From contig NC_068993.1 in the NCBI RefSeq assembly GCF_001194135.2, positions 50,348,253 to 50,408,923 on the forward strand: DNA of 60,671 nt, written 5' to 3'. The notes under the pieces are model-generated. The model was not told where the DNA came from. It saw only the letters and a list, made by a program, of their open reading frames with translations, and ran no database searches. Positions 37,630-51,413 of this stretch are shown piece by piece; the stretch's first letter is position 1, and every line of letters starts with the position of its first letter. Origin of the DNA: Octopus bimaculoides. Its lineage: Eukaryota. Position numbers and translations under genes: made by a program.

Positions 37630-39988
37630 GTGTGTCCGTTGATTGAATTGGGCACACAGCACATGTACGCATTCATTATTCACTCCACACATACTTGTCT
37701 ATACACTAACTTCTTCTGTTTGTTTATACATGCATCTTAATTTTTTCCTCTTATCAAAACGCTAAAATGCCTACCCTCTGGCTTCGTCACTACAGCGCTA
37801 GAGAAATGTGCAAGAAAATAGTTTAATGAACAGAATCACTGACTACCAAAATATCTTGCAACAAAACTTTGTCAGAAAATACATCTGCAAGCNNNNNNNN
37901 NNNNNNNNNNNNNNNNNNNNNNNNNNNNNNNNNNNNNNNNNNNNNNNNNNNNNNNNNNNNNNNNNNNNNNNNNNNNNNNNNNNNNNNNNNNNNNNNNNNN
38001 NNNNNNNNNNNNNNNNNNNNNNNNNNNNNNNNNNNNNNNNNNNNNNNNNNNNNNNNNNNNNNNNNNNNNNNNNNNNNNNNNNNNNNNNNNNNNNNNNNNN
38101 NNNNNNNNNNNNNNNNNNNNNNNNNNNNNNNNNNNNNNNNNNNNNNNNNNNNNNNNNNNNNNNNNNNNNACTTTCTGTGTCTGAGTATGGTCATTTGTGG
38201 GTATGTGTGTCTTTTGTCTTTTTCTTTCTTCCTGTGGTCTTTTTCATTTTCTCTTTTGCATTTATATTCTCTATTTCGCAACTTCCTATTTTGCTATTTT
38301 GTCATTGTTAAAAAATGTTATTATCCTTGCTAGTGTTAATGCCATTATTGTGTCCGCTCCCTATTTATTAAGTAGAATCGTCTAATACCCATACAGATAC
38401 CTAGACAAATACACACATTAACAAGGGAACCATAACACACACACACACACACACATTCATACACATGTTCATACACATGCATGAATGCATCTTCCTTTTT
38501 TTTTTTTTGTCTCAGTTTTTCTTTTAACTAAAGATGTGTGAAAGAAACACTGACAATAACTTGCCACCAGAATTGAACAAATACAACTGCCGTTTCATCT
38601 GTGGAACAGCGTTGCTAGGCTTTGAAAATGGAAAACAAAAGGATTGTTCCGAGTCCCAAATGTTGAAATTGTGTAAATGTCTCGTCTTCAAAAGTCTGCG
38701 ATAAATTGTCATCATGTCATTGATATGTTTTCTGATCCGGCAAAGAATAACAATTCCATTCTTAAAATTCTTGCGGGATCTTAGTAAGATTAAGACTTAT
38801 TTGTTATCAATTTCATCTTTCTTTTTTTCTTGCCATGCGTTTGCTTTTGGAACTCTGTTCCTTTGATTGATTTTATTTATTTGCTTGTTTATAATTTATT
38901 TTCATTTTTTTTTTTTATTCTATTTCATTTTTGCCATTTCAAGTTCATTTCTGGTTCATTTTCCCCCTTTTTTTATTTCCCCCCCATGTCTTTATTTGTA
39001 TTCATTTATATTACGTTCTTTTAATGCGATTGCCAATTTCAGCTGTCATTGCTGAAATAGGTCTTAAAGGTTTCTGTAGAGATCAGAGAGTGTGCAGGAA
39101 TATCTGCATTTATTTGTCTGTATACATATAACATTCTAACAGCGCTAGCAGCAGCAGCAGCAATAGCTATTTGCCAGTTCAGTGTTGATCTAAGCAAGAG
39201 TAATTTGAGACTTCCCTATTGAAAACAAGCAAACAACACTAAAATATATAAAATAGAAACTTCACTAATTTGTCACCCTGCACCCAATACTTAGAGCATC
39301 AATAATGATAATAATAATAATGATAATAATAATAATGATAATAATAACAGCAGTTCGGGATTTAGGTGGATTCATCAGATTGTGTGCTAGACTCCAGAAA
39401 TCAATAGTTACTGATACCAGCCTATTTTCTTCAAAGGTGAAAGGCTAATTGTTGGTGTGCAAAAGATATTCACTTTGTTATTATCAATGTTGATGGTTTT
39501 TCTACAGAAATTCGAGACTAATCGATACATTAGTTTTCTGCTATAACGGAACACTTTCTCGACAATGAACTGGACTACATAAAAAAAAAAATCTAAAAAA
39601 TCTGGAAATTTCTCTTAATTGTTTTTTAAGTTGATTTTTGTAAATTTAGATTCCTAGAAATTTTACTCTTTGAGCTAATATCTAAAGAATTCACATCTTT
39701 ATTTCATTTTATTTCATAATCTTTCAGCTGATTTGATATCAGTTGGTTTAACATGAATGGAGAGGAAGTAAGTTCAATTCCAGTTTCTAGCTGAAATTCT
39801 TTTTTTTTTTTTGTGAATTAGTTTTTTTTTACATCAATTTCTGTCTTTGAAAGTGTTCAGTTTTAAATTTAAATCTTGGATTGAAATTTCATTAATATTT
39901 AAGAGATACTTCACTCAGTTAAACATTTGCTTTCTATTATCAAGGTGACAGTGTACCCTACCACTCCAATTCTTGTCAGCTTGCTTAG

Positions 39989-40213
39989 CCCTGTTGTTAC
40001 CATATTTCTGCTGAAGTACATTAACCTTGCTTCAATTAATTCTTAATATAATGCCAAATTTAGCAAAATAATATTATCATTCCTTAGCAGGTATTTGGAA
40101 CATAAATTAACATGATATTTCGGGATATGTTTTAATTCAGTTCATTTTAAAACCAGAGAAATTTTGTACCATAGAACTTAGAAGATGTTTCAGGTCGGTT
40201 GGTATTAAAAGGG
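39989..40213. mobile_element. Degenerate piggyBac-like MITE
   Basis: The ends read ttag-CCCtgttgttacc ... ggtattaaaaGGG-ttta, i.e. decayed TTAA target sites with CCC/GGG termini. The interior resembles, from memory, a common octopus repeat. Confidence 0.5.
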
Positions 40214-40231
40214 TTTAGTTTATATGATTTA

Positions 40232-40440
40232 CCAGAATCATTAGCATATCAAGCTAAAATTCTGGCTCTACATTCTGAGTTTAAATCTCACAGGGCTACA
40301 CGTTTCACCCTTCAAGAGTTGATAAAACAAAGTAACAATGTAGTAGTAGGGTTGATTATAACCAAGTGAATTTCTTCTCCTCTTCCTCAACATTTGTAGC
40401 CTTGTGCCTATGGTGGTGACAATTATTAAGATGAAAGATA
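40232..40440 (+). mobile_element. Family E SINE, highly diverged
   Basis: cagaatcattagc...cattctgagtttaaatc...gttgataaaacaaagta...gccttgtgcc. Confidence 0.45.
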
Positions 40441-40620
40441 GTTATTTCACTAAACTTCTTACAAACCATGAGAATTTTGAAAATTTAAACAAAACTACAA
40501 AACATATTCTTGTTACAAATATCACAGTGTTACAATGTGTCACAAAAGAATAAAGCTATAAAATAAGTAATGGGAAAATTTTCTTAAGGGGGAAACAGTA
40601 GAAGTGAACTTACGTTGTTG

Positions 40621-40860
40621 GTGTTGTTGTTTAGCCAGAGGTCAGCTCTGATCACGCAGACTTACGATCAAAGACATTCCAGGCAAGAACATCGCTTTTT
40701 ATTTTTTTTATTTTTTCTTGCGGTGGGGACGTTGCGTATCTAAGGCTACATTATTCATTGTGTTCTTTCCTTTTTAAGTAGACAGCTTCTGATTTCAGAG
40801 AAATGTTTCTGCTATTTCTACCAGGTTTAGCAACGACACAGAGGCTCTCCACGTTGGCTC
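40621..40860 (+). repeat. Unclassified dispersed repeat (family D), representative copy
   Basis: gttgtttagcc..aggtcagctctgatc..gcagac.ta.gatcaaa at the 5' end and gctatttcta.cagg at the 3' end. Related + copies at about 480-590, 5130-5222, 8640-8800, 13362-13625 and 48140-48350. Confidence 0.7.
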
Positions 40861-41204
40861 ATGTGAGCCATGGTTTCTCTGCTTTGAAATATAATATATT
40901 ATATACTAACTAGTCTATGGTAACATAGTTTCTTTCTAATGTGTTTCTTTCATTCACTAACATTTTGACCTTGTCTGACAACAACTCTCATATCAAAAAT
41001 AGATAAGTAAAATGAGTAAGTTAATCAATAATAATTTTGTTTTGACATTTTCCTTCCCCAAGGGAATGGAAACTAACCTTGTGGCTTCTTCATACCATAA
41101 AGAATGTGTCATGTCTTAGATTTCTACAGAGCTTTATTTAGAGGATATATATATATATATATATACACACACATGTGTGTGTCTATGCATGTATATATAT
41201 GTAC

Positions 41205-41269
<65 letters not shown>

Positions 41270-41765
41270 TATAAATATATTTATGTTCATACATGCATGT
41301 ATACATATATGTAAATGCATATATATTATATATATGCACACATACATACACGTATACATGTGTGTTTGTATATGCATACAAATATACTTATGTTTATATA
41401 TGCATGTATACATACAAGTATATGTATATGCGCACTCATGTACATATATATACATACACATATATTTGTATATGATATTTCACCATTCCTTTTAAGTGTA
41501 ACCATTATCTGTGTTCTCCATAAAAAAGAAAAAAAAATCTTCATAAGGTTCTATTTGTTGTTATCATTCTGCTATAGCTGGAAGCACCAGTCTAGGTGAT
41601 TAATTATATCTTCTTTGGTTCCTCGTGGTCTTCTTATATCCAAATCCCACCTGGATCAGGATTGATTTTTCAACTTTTACCTTTTACTTCTTCATTGATA
41701 AAGTAAGCACAGGTAAGATACTGTAGTCAATAAAGCGAGCCTTGCACTTCATCTAAAGAAATCCC

Positions 41766-41834
<69 letters not shown>

Positions 41835-42191
41835 TGAGATATATATTGTAGGATAAGTTCTCTGTTGTAAAGAGATTTATGACTCTTTAAACCCTGACTT
41901 GGCTTTCATCCTTATCAGGTTTTTAATATACTGAATATGTTTAGGAACTAAGTTGGTTTGAGGTTGGTCAATTTCCTTAAAACCACAATTTTAAAATATA
42001 TCCTTTTCCTTTTCCTTTCTTTCTTTTTTTTTTTTACTTTTAAATTCTGCTCCCTCCATTTATCTGCCTATTTACTATGTGGCTACATTCCCCACTCTCT
42101 TGATACCGTGTATTATTACTGGTATTTGATTGGTTGATTGGTTGGTATTTTTATATCTAGCAGAATACAGTTAATTTGTTCAGTACCCAGA

Positions 42192-42226
<35 letters not shown>

Positions 42227-42257
42227 GATTGATTGATTGATTGATTGGTTGGTTGGT

Positions 42258-42415
42258 TGGTTGGCAGAATTGTTAGGATACTCAACAAAATGCAATACAG
42301 CATTTAGTTGAGGTGGTTTATCTTCTGAGTTCAAATTCTGCCAAGGTCAACTTTGCCTTTCATCTCTCCAGAGTCAATAAAATAAAGTACCAGTCTTGTA
42401 CCAATCTTGTACCAG
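42258..42415 (+). mobile_element. Family E SINE, diverged
   Basis: ttggcagaattgttag...gagttcaaattctgccaaggtcaactttgcctttcat...aataaagtaccag. Confidence 0.65.
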
Positions 42416-42529
42416 ACAGTCAATGGTATCTACTACTACTACAACTACTACTATTACTACTACTACTACTACTACTACTACTCCCCTCATAATTGCAGGC
42501 CATGTGCCTAAATCTGAAACCATTATTAT

Positions 42530-42560
<31 letters not shown>

Positions 42561-43523
42561 GGTGGTGGTGGTGGTGGTATTTTATGGCTGAATGTCCCTT
42601 GTAGTGTCAACCTCTATGATAATACACAAGCTTATGAATGAGTCAGCATAAAACNNNNNNNNNNNNNNNNNNNNNNNNNNNNNNNNNNNNNNNNNNNNNN
42701 NNNNNNNNNNNNNNNNNNNNNNNNNNNNNNNNNNNNNNNNNNNNNNNNNNNNNNNNNNNNNNNNNNNNNNNNNNNNNNNNNNNNNNNNNNNNNNNNNNNN
42801 NNNNNNNNNNNNNNNNNNNNNNNNNNNNNNNNNNNNNNNNNNNNNNNNNNNNNNNNNNNNNNNNNNNNNNNNNNNNNNNNNNNNNNNNNNNNNNNNNNNN
42901 NNNNNNNNNNNNNNNNNNNNNNNNNNNNNNNNNNNNNNNNNNNNNNNNNNNNNNNNNNNNNNNNNNNNNNNNNNNNNNNNNNNNNNNNNNNNNNNNNNNN
43001 NNNNNNNNNNNNNNNNNNNNNNNNNNNNNNNNNNNNNNNNNNNNNNNNNNNNNNNNNNNNNNNNNNNNNNNNNNNNNNNNNNNNNNNNNNNNNNNNNNNN
43101 NNNNNNNNNNNNNNNNNNNNNNNNNNNNNNNNNNNNNNNNNNNNNNNNNNNNNNNNNNNNNNNNNNNNNNNNNNNNNNNNNNNNNNNNNNNNNNNNNNNN
43201 NNNNNNNNNNNNNNNNNNNNNNNNNNNNNNNNNNNNNNNNNNNNNNNNNNNNNNNNNNNNNNNNNNNNNNNNNNNNNNNNNNNNNNNNNNNNNNNNNNNN
43301 NNNNNNNNNNNNNNNNNNNNNNNNNNNNNNNNNNNNNNNNNNNNNNNNNNNNNNNNNNNNNNNNNNNNNNNNNNNNNNNNNNNNNNNNNNNNNNNNNNNN
43401 NNNNNNNNNNNNNNNNNNNNNNNNNNNNNNNNNNNNNNNNNNNNNNNNNNNNNNNNNNNNNNNNNNNNNNNNNNNNNNNNNNNNNNNNNNNNNNNNNNNN
43501 NNNNNNNNNNNNNNNNNNNNNNN

Positions 43524-43721
43524 TTTCACTTCACATTGCTCCATAACTCTCTCTTTCTTTCTCCTTCTCTCTTTCTTTCTCCCCCTCTCTTTCTTTCTCC
43601 CCCCCTCTTTCTCAGTACCATATCTATAACTGATTTCCTTTGCATACCTTCATCCCACTCCTTTTGCCTTCCTCTTATATTTATCTCCCTTTATTTCCCT
43701 TATCTTTCTCATTTACTGTTT

Positions 43722-43756
<35 letters not shown>

Positions 43757-44101
43757 TTCTCTCTCTCTCGCCTTTTCCCTTCTTTTCCTCTCTTTTTCTT
43801 TCACATCTCTTTAACTCCCCCCCATCTCTCTCACCTTATTTCTTTGTCCTCTTCTCTCTCTCTCTCTCTCCTCTCTCTATCTTTTTCTTCTTTTCACTCT
43901 CTCCCCTCTCTCTATCCCTCTTTTTCACTCTCTCAACTCTTTCTTTCCATTGCATTTTTTAAACTGTTTTTACCTCCTCTCTTTTCTCTCTTTCTCCATC
44001 TCTTTTCCCCTAGTCTCTCATCTCTTCTGCTCCCCCTTTTTTGTCCTGCATTCTACCACTCTCTCTTTTTTCTTCCTCTCACTGTCCCCCCACCCCTCTC
44101 A

Positions 44102-44192
<91 letters not shown>

Positions 44193-44210
44193 ATATATAT
44201 ATATATTTGT
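43524..44210 (+). repeat. About 575-bp polypyrimidine tract followed by a long (TA)n
   Basis: Directly visible. Confidence 0.9.
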
Positions 44211-45699
44211 TAGCTGTGTTTTTTTCTTATGATAGACTTTCTTACAATTTGTATGGATATTTATTTATTCAAACTACTATTTCTAAGAACTTTAAAAAAA
44301 ACAAAAAGGGAAGAAAAAGAATCGAGTTTCGGGAGCTTGTTGATGTTGTTGGTGATGATGCTTTTTTATATTATATTTAATCGGCTTCAGAATTAGTAAG
44401 TAGAGAGAAACAAGAGATAAGAGATGGATTGAGAGCTAGAGAAACATATATATACTCTCTCACACACACATACATGCACATACATGCACAATATTGCATG
44501 CACATATGCATGTGTGTGCACATGTATTCACTTCTACACACATGCACTTATGTATATATTAAAAGCATTTATCTATACATAACTATATTTACATGCATGT
44601 GTGTGTGTGTGTATTTATGCTAACACACATACATGCACATACTATGTGTGTTTGAAAAGAGAGAAGTGGGGAAACTGAAGGAGAGAGAGAGAGCAAAGGT
44701 GTATCAGTGATAGAAATAAGTGAAAATGATGTATTGAGAAAGGTGAACTACAGAGAGAGAGAGAGAGAAGGACTGAGAAATAAAGGAGAAAGTGACATTA
44801 GATATAGGGCTGGAAGGGAGAGAGGCTAATGAAAGAAAGACACACAATATATAAATTAGAGAGGGAAAACTAGAGAGAGAGAGAGAGAGAGAGAGAGAGC
44901 TGTATGTGTAATCATGCATGCAAGTGTGTACATATGCATGTGTTAGAATGTGTGTTTGTCATAGTGCATCTGATAAATGCAACCATTTGTATAATGTGGG
45001 GCAATGCACAAGATTCTAAAATCTATGGAATTAGAGATTATAAGATATTCTATCAGAAACCACTTTTTTTAAAAAATATTACTTTCATTGTAATATGTGT
45101 ACGTACGACTGTGTGCTTGTGTGTGTCTCTTTCTGGTAACAAATATCTGTACAAACAATCTCTTTCTGTGTCTCTCACTATATGTATACTTACATGTGTG
45201 CGTGAGTGTGTGTGTCTGTATGTGCTTTGTAATATAAAAGTTGTGAAATATGTTAGAAATATATTTTATGTTATGTAAACATTATCTGATAAAGAACTCA
45301 ATACGCTGCACAGAGAAGAGAGAAGATAGATACATTTGTTCTACAAGCTGAGAATCTTATCAGAATTTTGCCCCAGACAGAGTTTTTCATGGCTATTGGG
45401 GTAGGAAAAGGATAAATATGCATGCACAAATCATATACACACAATATGTTTAATAATAGGCTTGCTCTGAAAATATAACCCATGGATTCAGAACAGGAAC
45501 TTCATCGTCTAGAATCACTGATGAGTTTGACAATTTTGTCTCATTAGAGATTTGTCAAGAATTGCAAAACTAAAGAGATAAAGTTTCACTTATTTATTCA
45601 TAGCTACACTGTGTTGCTACCATACTGTGTATGTGTGTATATATATATATGTGTGTGTGTATGTATGTATGTATGTGTATGTGTATACAAGTTGTATGT

Positions 45700-45799
<100 letters not shown>

Positions 45800-46327
45800 G
45801 CATTTTTATCCCTCTCTATATGTGTATATAACTGAATGTGTGTGTAAAGATGTATGTGCATAGAATTATCCTTACACTAGAACATACATGGGTATAATGT
45901 AGAGATAGACTGATAGAATATTTATGCAAATTTATCATCATTTTGGAGGGGTATCGAATGACAAACAGACAAACATTTTATAGCAGCCTCCTTTTAAAAG
46001 GTCTGATGACCTCGTTGTCTTCAAATTCCTGGAGATTTATCTCTAAATTTAGATCCTACATCTTACTTATGGTCTTGGACAGAATGGAAATCAGTGTTTA
46101 GTGGGTGGAGTAGTAGCAGTCTTGAACAGATTGTGAAATATCTAGCACTACCAGACTACTTTCTCATATTTACTCAATGAACAATACATATCATTGTTTG
46201 ATCTCCATCTTTCAGTTCCCCGTCTATTTTGAGAGTCTGTTATCATAATCACATCACATCGCATTTTAGAATACTCTTATCTATCCGCTTCTACTTGTAA
46301 CCAGATATATGTGGATTGCAATACTGA

Positions 46328-46368
<41 letters not shown>

Positions 46369-47109
46369 CACATGAGTATGTTTGTATATACATATGTATG
46401 TTTGTGTTTATGTGCATACATATGTACATATATATGTGTGTGTGCATAAATATGTATTCTTGCATAAATATGTATATTTATATGTTTCTATGTATTTACA
46501 TATTTGTTTGTGTATATCTCTGTGTATGTGTGTGTGAGAGAGAGACCATGTGTGGTGATGGTGGTGAAGTGATGTTTTTGTTTTTTGACTTGGGTTCGTA
46601 CACCTTACACATGTTTTTGTTAATTTTTACCTTCTTGGCATATTGTTTTTTAGCTAGAATTATCAACTATGTTGTTGTTGCTGTCACTGCAAACAAGTGT
46701 TGTAGAATTGGTAGATTGCTAATATGAATTCTTAAATTCATCTTAAGTCATTTCATCTTACATTCCATGTTCAAATCTCAAAGAAGTCAACTTTGCTTGA
46801 CATCTTTAAAGGTTCAATGCTGCTGTTAAGTAGAGATGATCCAATCAATTCCCAAATTTCTGAATAAAATTGACTTTATGCTAATTAGAGGCTAGTTTAT
46901 TGACATAATCAGTAAAGCCTTGGACAAAATAGTCTTCAATATTTACTTAACATCTTATATCCTGAGGTCAACTTTGGCTTTCATGCCCCTGAGTCTGTAA
47001 ATATAAAAAAACAGAACCAATCAAGTACTGGCATCAAATCAATGAACTATTCTCCTTCATATTTCTGGTCTTGTGCTTTTGACAAACACAGTTATTATTA
47101 AAAAAGTAG

Positions 47110-47280
47110 TTGTTTGGCCAAATTGTTAGAGCATTAGATAAATACTTTCCAGCATTTGTTGCAGCTCTTTATCTTCTGAGTTCAAATCCTACTGAGACCA
47201 GCTTTGCCATTCATCCTTCTATGGTCGATAAAATATAGTACCAGTCAAATATAAAGTTTGGTATCATCGACTTACCCCTG
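47110..47280 (+). mobile_element. Family E SINE, diverged (more fragments at about 46780-47100)
   Basis: aattgttag...gagttcaaatcc...agctttgccattcatcc...ggtcgataaaata-agtaccag. Confidence 0.6.
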
Positions 47281-47329
47281 CAGCAATTTTCATTCTTGGA
47301 TGCTTTCATATGATGTAGAAACACATAAC

Positions 47330-47438
47330 CTTTCAAAAGATCTGCAGTAAAAGACACTTGCTGCATAGTACAACTGAGCCTGAGACCGCATGGTGAGGAA
47401 GCAAGCTTCTTAGCCAACACAGCCATGCCTTTACCTAT
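47330..47438 (-). mobile_element. Family A SINE 5' fragment
   Basis: The + strand reads aagacacttg...gcaagcttctt...acacagccatgcct, the reverse of the family A head. Confidence 0.55.
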
Positions 47439-50233
47439 ACCAACAGAGTATTAATTGTAAAATAAAACAGATCCTTATTAAGCAAATTATATTGTCAATT
47501 ATCTTTTTTTTATCTTTTTAGTTATTTGTTTTATAAAACTAAGTAGTTTTCAAAACTAATTCCATATTTTGAGAAAAGGACATACTTGTTTATGCTTTGA
47601 GACAACTAAATACTGAAAGTTAATAGAATAACCTCTATGGTAAATTAATAGCTTTCAAGGGATTATTTAATTTAGCAATTGTTGTTGTTGTCACTGCTGC
47701 TGCTGGTTTAAATTCCTAAGCAAATGAAGGGGAAAATTCAAAACAGAAATCTTTCCTTGTAATCTTGTTTAGAAAATTAATATAAAATAATGAGTACTTG
47801 ACTCAGCTTCTTCATTAAATGGCTCCTGTGCAATGATCTGAATTATTTTATACTTGTCATTTATTATGAGTAATTTTAGGCTATTTTTTTAAGGATGATA
47901 TGCCATAGATATGTTGTCTGTCTCATTGCTTCTCGCTTTCCTGGAGGAAATATTTGATGCAATTGAATAGTCTGGATTTATTTTTTAATCTTCTTTTCAA
48001 AGAAATGTATTGAAGATGGAAAGGACAAGTACATACATAGGGGTTCTATGTGTGAAGATGAGGCTGGAATGCTTTCCACTTTATTTCAACTGTGGTGGTT
48101 TCCAGAATCCCACAGGTTTATGCATGAATGCCTTACATTCATATAGCTGTTCTATAGACCCCAGGTAAATTCTGTTCAAGCAGATCTATAGTTAAAACTT
48201 TTCAGCTTTAATTATCCCATCCTTTTTTATTTTATTATTTATTTCATTTTTCCATTTTGTCTCTGTGTTCATTTTCAAAGATGATGGATTGCGATATGGG
48301 GGAGATTTGCCTACTATTTCTAACAGGTTGAATGACAAAACAGTCTGCCTTAATCGCTCACCTTAATGACAGTCTGTTAACATTTTTTTTAAAAAAAGGT
48401 GTTTTAAGGGCACTTATATGCCCCTCCCCTTCATCATGTAGTTTCATGATGTGAAGTACCTGACAGGTTACCACTAAAAATATAAAGAACATTACTATCA
48501 CTTCTAGATGGTACTGTGTCTAATGTGAGTTATGTTTATAACTCAAGTGTAGGGCCCAAATACACAAATGAAATATACTCCTGTGGTGGATTTGAACTCA
48601 ACACACTTGGGAGCCAATAATTCATTGCCAAATTTACTAAAACCATTTTGCTTCTGCCTTCTCTAGCCAATGATGACTGAATAAATATTGACTTGTCATA
48701 TAAGAAATCCCAATAAAGATTTTAGTTATTTCTGTACCTTATTATAACATCGAATATGATTTGATTATACATACTACATACATACTGTTATGTCTGGATA
48801 AAATAAACTAAAGCTCTATAGAGAAAGACTAACAAATGACAGGTTTGAATCGGTTGCCAGAGAGTAGTTTTATTCAACTTCTCCTGAACATCTAAAAGAT
48901 AAAAAGGAAAGCAATGCAAATTTTTTTTCTTTTTCTATTTTTAGTTCCTTTGCTTATTTCTTTTCTCATTTTACTTAATTAGTTCTTATTTCCAAGGGGT
49001 TATATTTCTTTCATGCAAATATTTCAATTTTTTGCCATTATTCTGTTGCGAAAGCAATGCACTATTCAGCGCTACTCTCCTCTCTCAAGATCTACAATCT
49101 CCCTTGACATTTGCAGTAACCTAGCCAATGACTCTTTCTTTCTACTTAAGAGTCTAGTGACTCAATCAGTTCCATTTCAACTGAATAATCTTACAAGATC
49201 TGGCTGGCCAGTCTCAATCCACTCCATAACTGATAACCTTATCTCAAATGAGACAATTTACAATTGTTTCACATCTGAAAAGTAACATTAGATTTTTTTT
49301 TTCTTTTTGCATATCAAGAAAATAATCCAACACTTGTGATAAGGAAAACAAAATTCCTCTTGTGTAATTTATATCATTGTTCATTACCCCTTTTTTCAGG
49401 GATGTTAAACCCACTCACATGCCCCATTTAATCCTTGCCCTCTCTACATACTCTCTGTTGGTCCCCTCTGCATGCCTCTGGTAGAAGGAAGGTCATTTAT
49501 ATTTATTTGCAGAAAATTTTATCAAGTAGAGGATTAAGTAATTTATCTTTATTTTTATATTTTATTTTACAGTTGTTGTTTTTTCTTTCTTTTGGCAAAT
49601 CTGAGGAATATTTATTTTTGCTCTGATATTTGATTAAAATACCAAGGAGATAGAACATAAAAGAAAAAAAAGTTGATAAATCATCTTTAAGATTTGGGTG
49701 GATGTCAAAAGGTTTCAGATAACATTCTCTTCAACCCCTGCCATCCAACATGTAACCGTTAAGTTCTTCTTCTCTACCTGTTTATTTTCCTTGTTTATTT
49801 ATGTTTTACTGGTTTTGTTTCCATCAGGGTGACTTTTGCACCAAGTATTTTAAACCATGCATGTGCTGTTAGAAATACTAAGAAGTGTTTGTTTAAAACT
49901 AAAAGCTATCATCATTTTTTTTTCTTTAAATACACTCAAAAAAATAAACTGTTTTATTCTAAGATGAAAATAATGGAAAAAATTTAGGGGAAAAAATGGT
50001 TTGAGTCAACTATATGAACATCTCTAGCTTGAATACATGTGTTAGGATTTGTGTGTTTATAAATAGGGACTTTTCTTGTATTTTTATGGTTAGGTTCAGT
50101 GCAGATGGCTTGCATTAACCCTAGCTATTACTCTGACTAAAACCTACTATAATTTATTAATAAGGGTAGAAATTGATATTAATCAATTAAAACCAGTGGT
50201 CTAGCATATTAAAAAATCCGAAGATTAAAATTA

Positions 50234-50408
50234 TATTACGTACAAAAATAAGAGGAATGACCAGCATTTGTCTTGCACTTTTACAGTCTGTTGTGTCGCT
50301 AATTTTTTACTGAGAACATATTTTTTCGTGGTTAGATGATTTGGCATCTATTTCTAGCATATAGGAGTCCACTTTTGCTGGTCATTCCTCTTATTTTTGT
50401 ATGTAATA
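50234..50408. repeat. 33-bp near-perfect inverted repeat with 109-bp spacer
   Basis: tattacgtacaaaaataagaggaatgaccagca (50234-50266) versus tgctggtcattcctcttatttttgtatgtaata (50376-50408), 32/33 complementary. Confidence 0.9.
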
Positions 50409-50911
50409 AAACCTACTATAATATAAAACCAATATACATACTCTTTACTGTAGTTAGCAGCTTTGCATTGGTAATTTAGATGATGTAACAACCTCAAGTA
50501 TAGATACTCACTGAGGCATGTTGACCATGTGTTTGAATGATATGCAACAAGCATGCCAAAGATGTTTTTAGAGAGAAAAGTTAAATATTCTTTTAACTAA
50601 AATTTCTATTCTAATAACATCTAACAGTATAAAAATATTAGATTTATAAAAAGAAAAAAATATCAAAATGGAAAAATAAGACTTTTGAATGCACAGACCC
50701 AACCTCCATGCAATAATTGCACTCGTTCATATATTGTACAACATATATGCTTTGTTATCTTCTAAACTGCTGAACGAGTTGACATATACTTACCACCAGC
50801 AGAAGAATATCCTGCTTATTCAAATTACTGACTTCATAACATACCATGCATACATACATACATTATATATATAAATATATATGTGCGTGTGTGTGTGTGT
50901 GCACACCCATC

Positions 50912-50945
<34 letters not shown>

Positions 50946-51359
50946 NNNNNNNNNNNNNNNNNNNNNNNNNNNNNNNNNNNNNNNNNNNNNNNNNNNNNNN
51001 NNNNNNNNNNNNNNNNNNNNNNNNNNNNNNNNNNNNNNNNNNNNNNNNNNNNNNNNNNNNNNNNNNNNNNNNNNNNNNNNNNNNNNNNNNNNNNNNNNNN
51101 NNNNNNNNNNNNNNNNNNNNNNNNNNNNNNNNNNNNNNNNNNNNNNNNNNNNNNNNNNNNNNNNNNNNTTCCATCTTTGTTATGAATAATCATTTTTTCT
51201 TCTTGTAACAGTTATCATTTTTTTAGTACTTTTTATATTTGTCTTCATTTTTTATTTTAGTTTTGGAATTCTAGAAATCATTTTCAATCAGGATCTTTAA
51301 ACGACATTTTAGAATCCATTATTATTTTTGTGGGGAAAAAAATGATATTATTTCATATA

Positions 51360-51413
<54 letters not shown>

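Noticed and set aside
43640-44380. 246-aa ORF, the longest without Ns
   Set aside because: It is a polypyrimidine tract plus (TA)n read-through.
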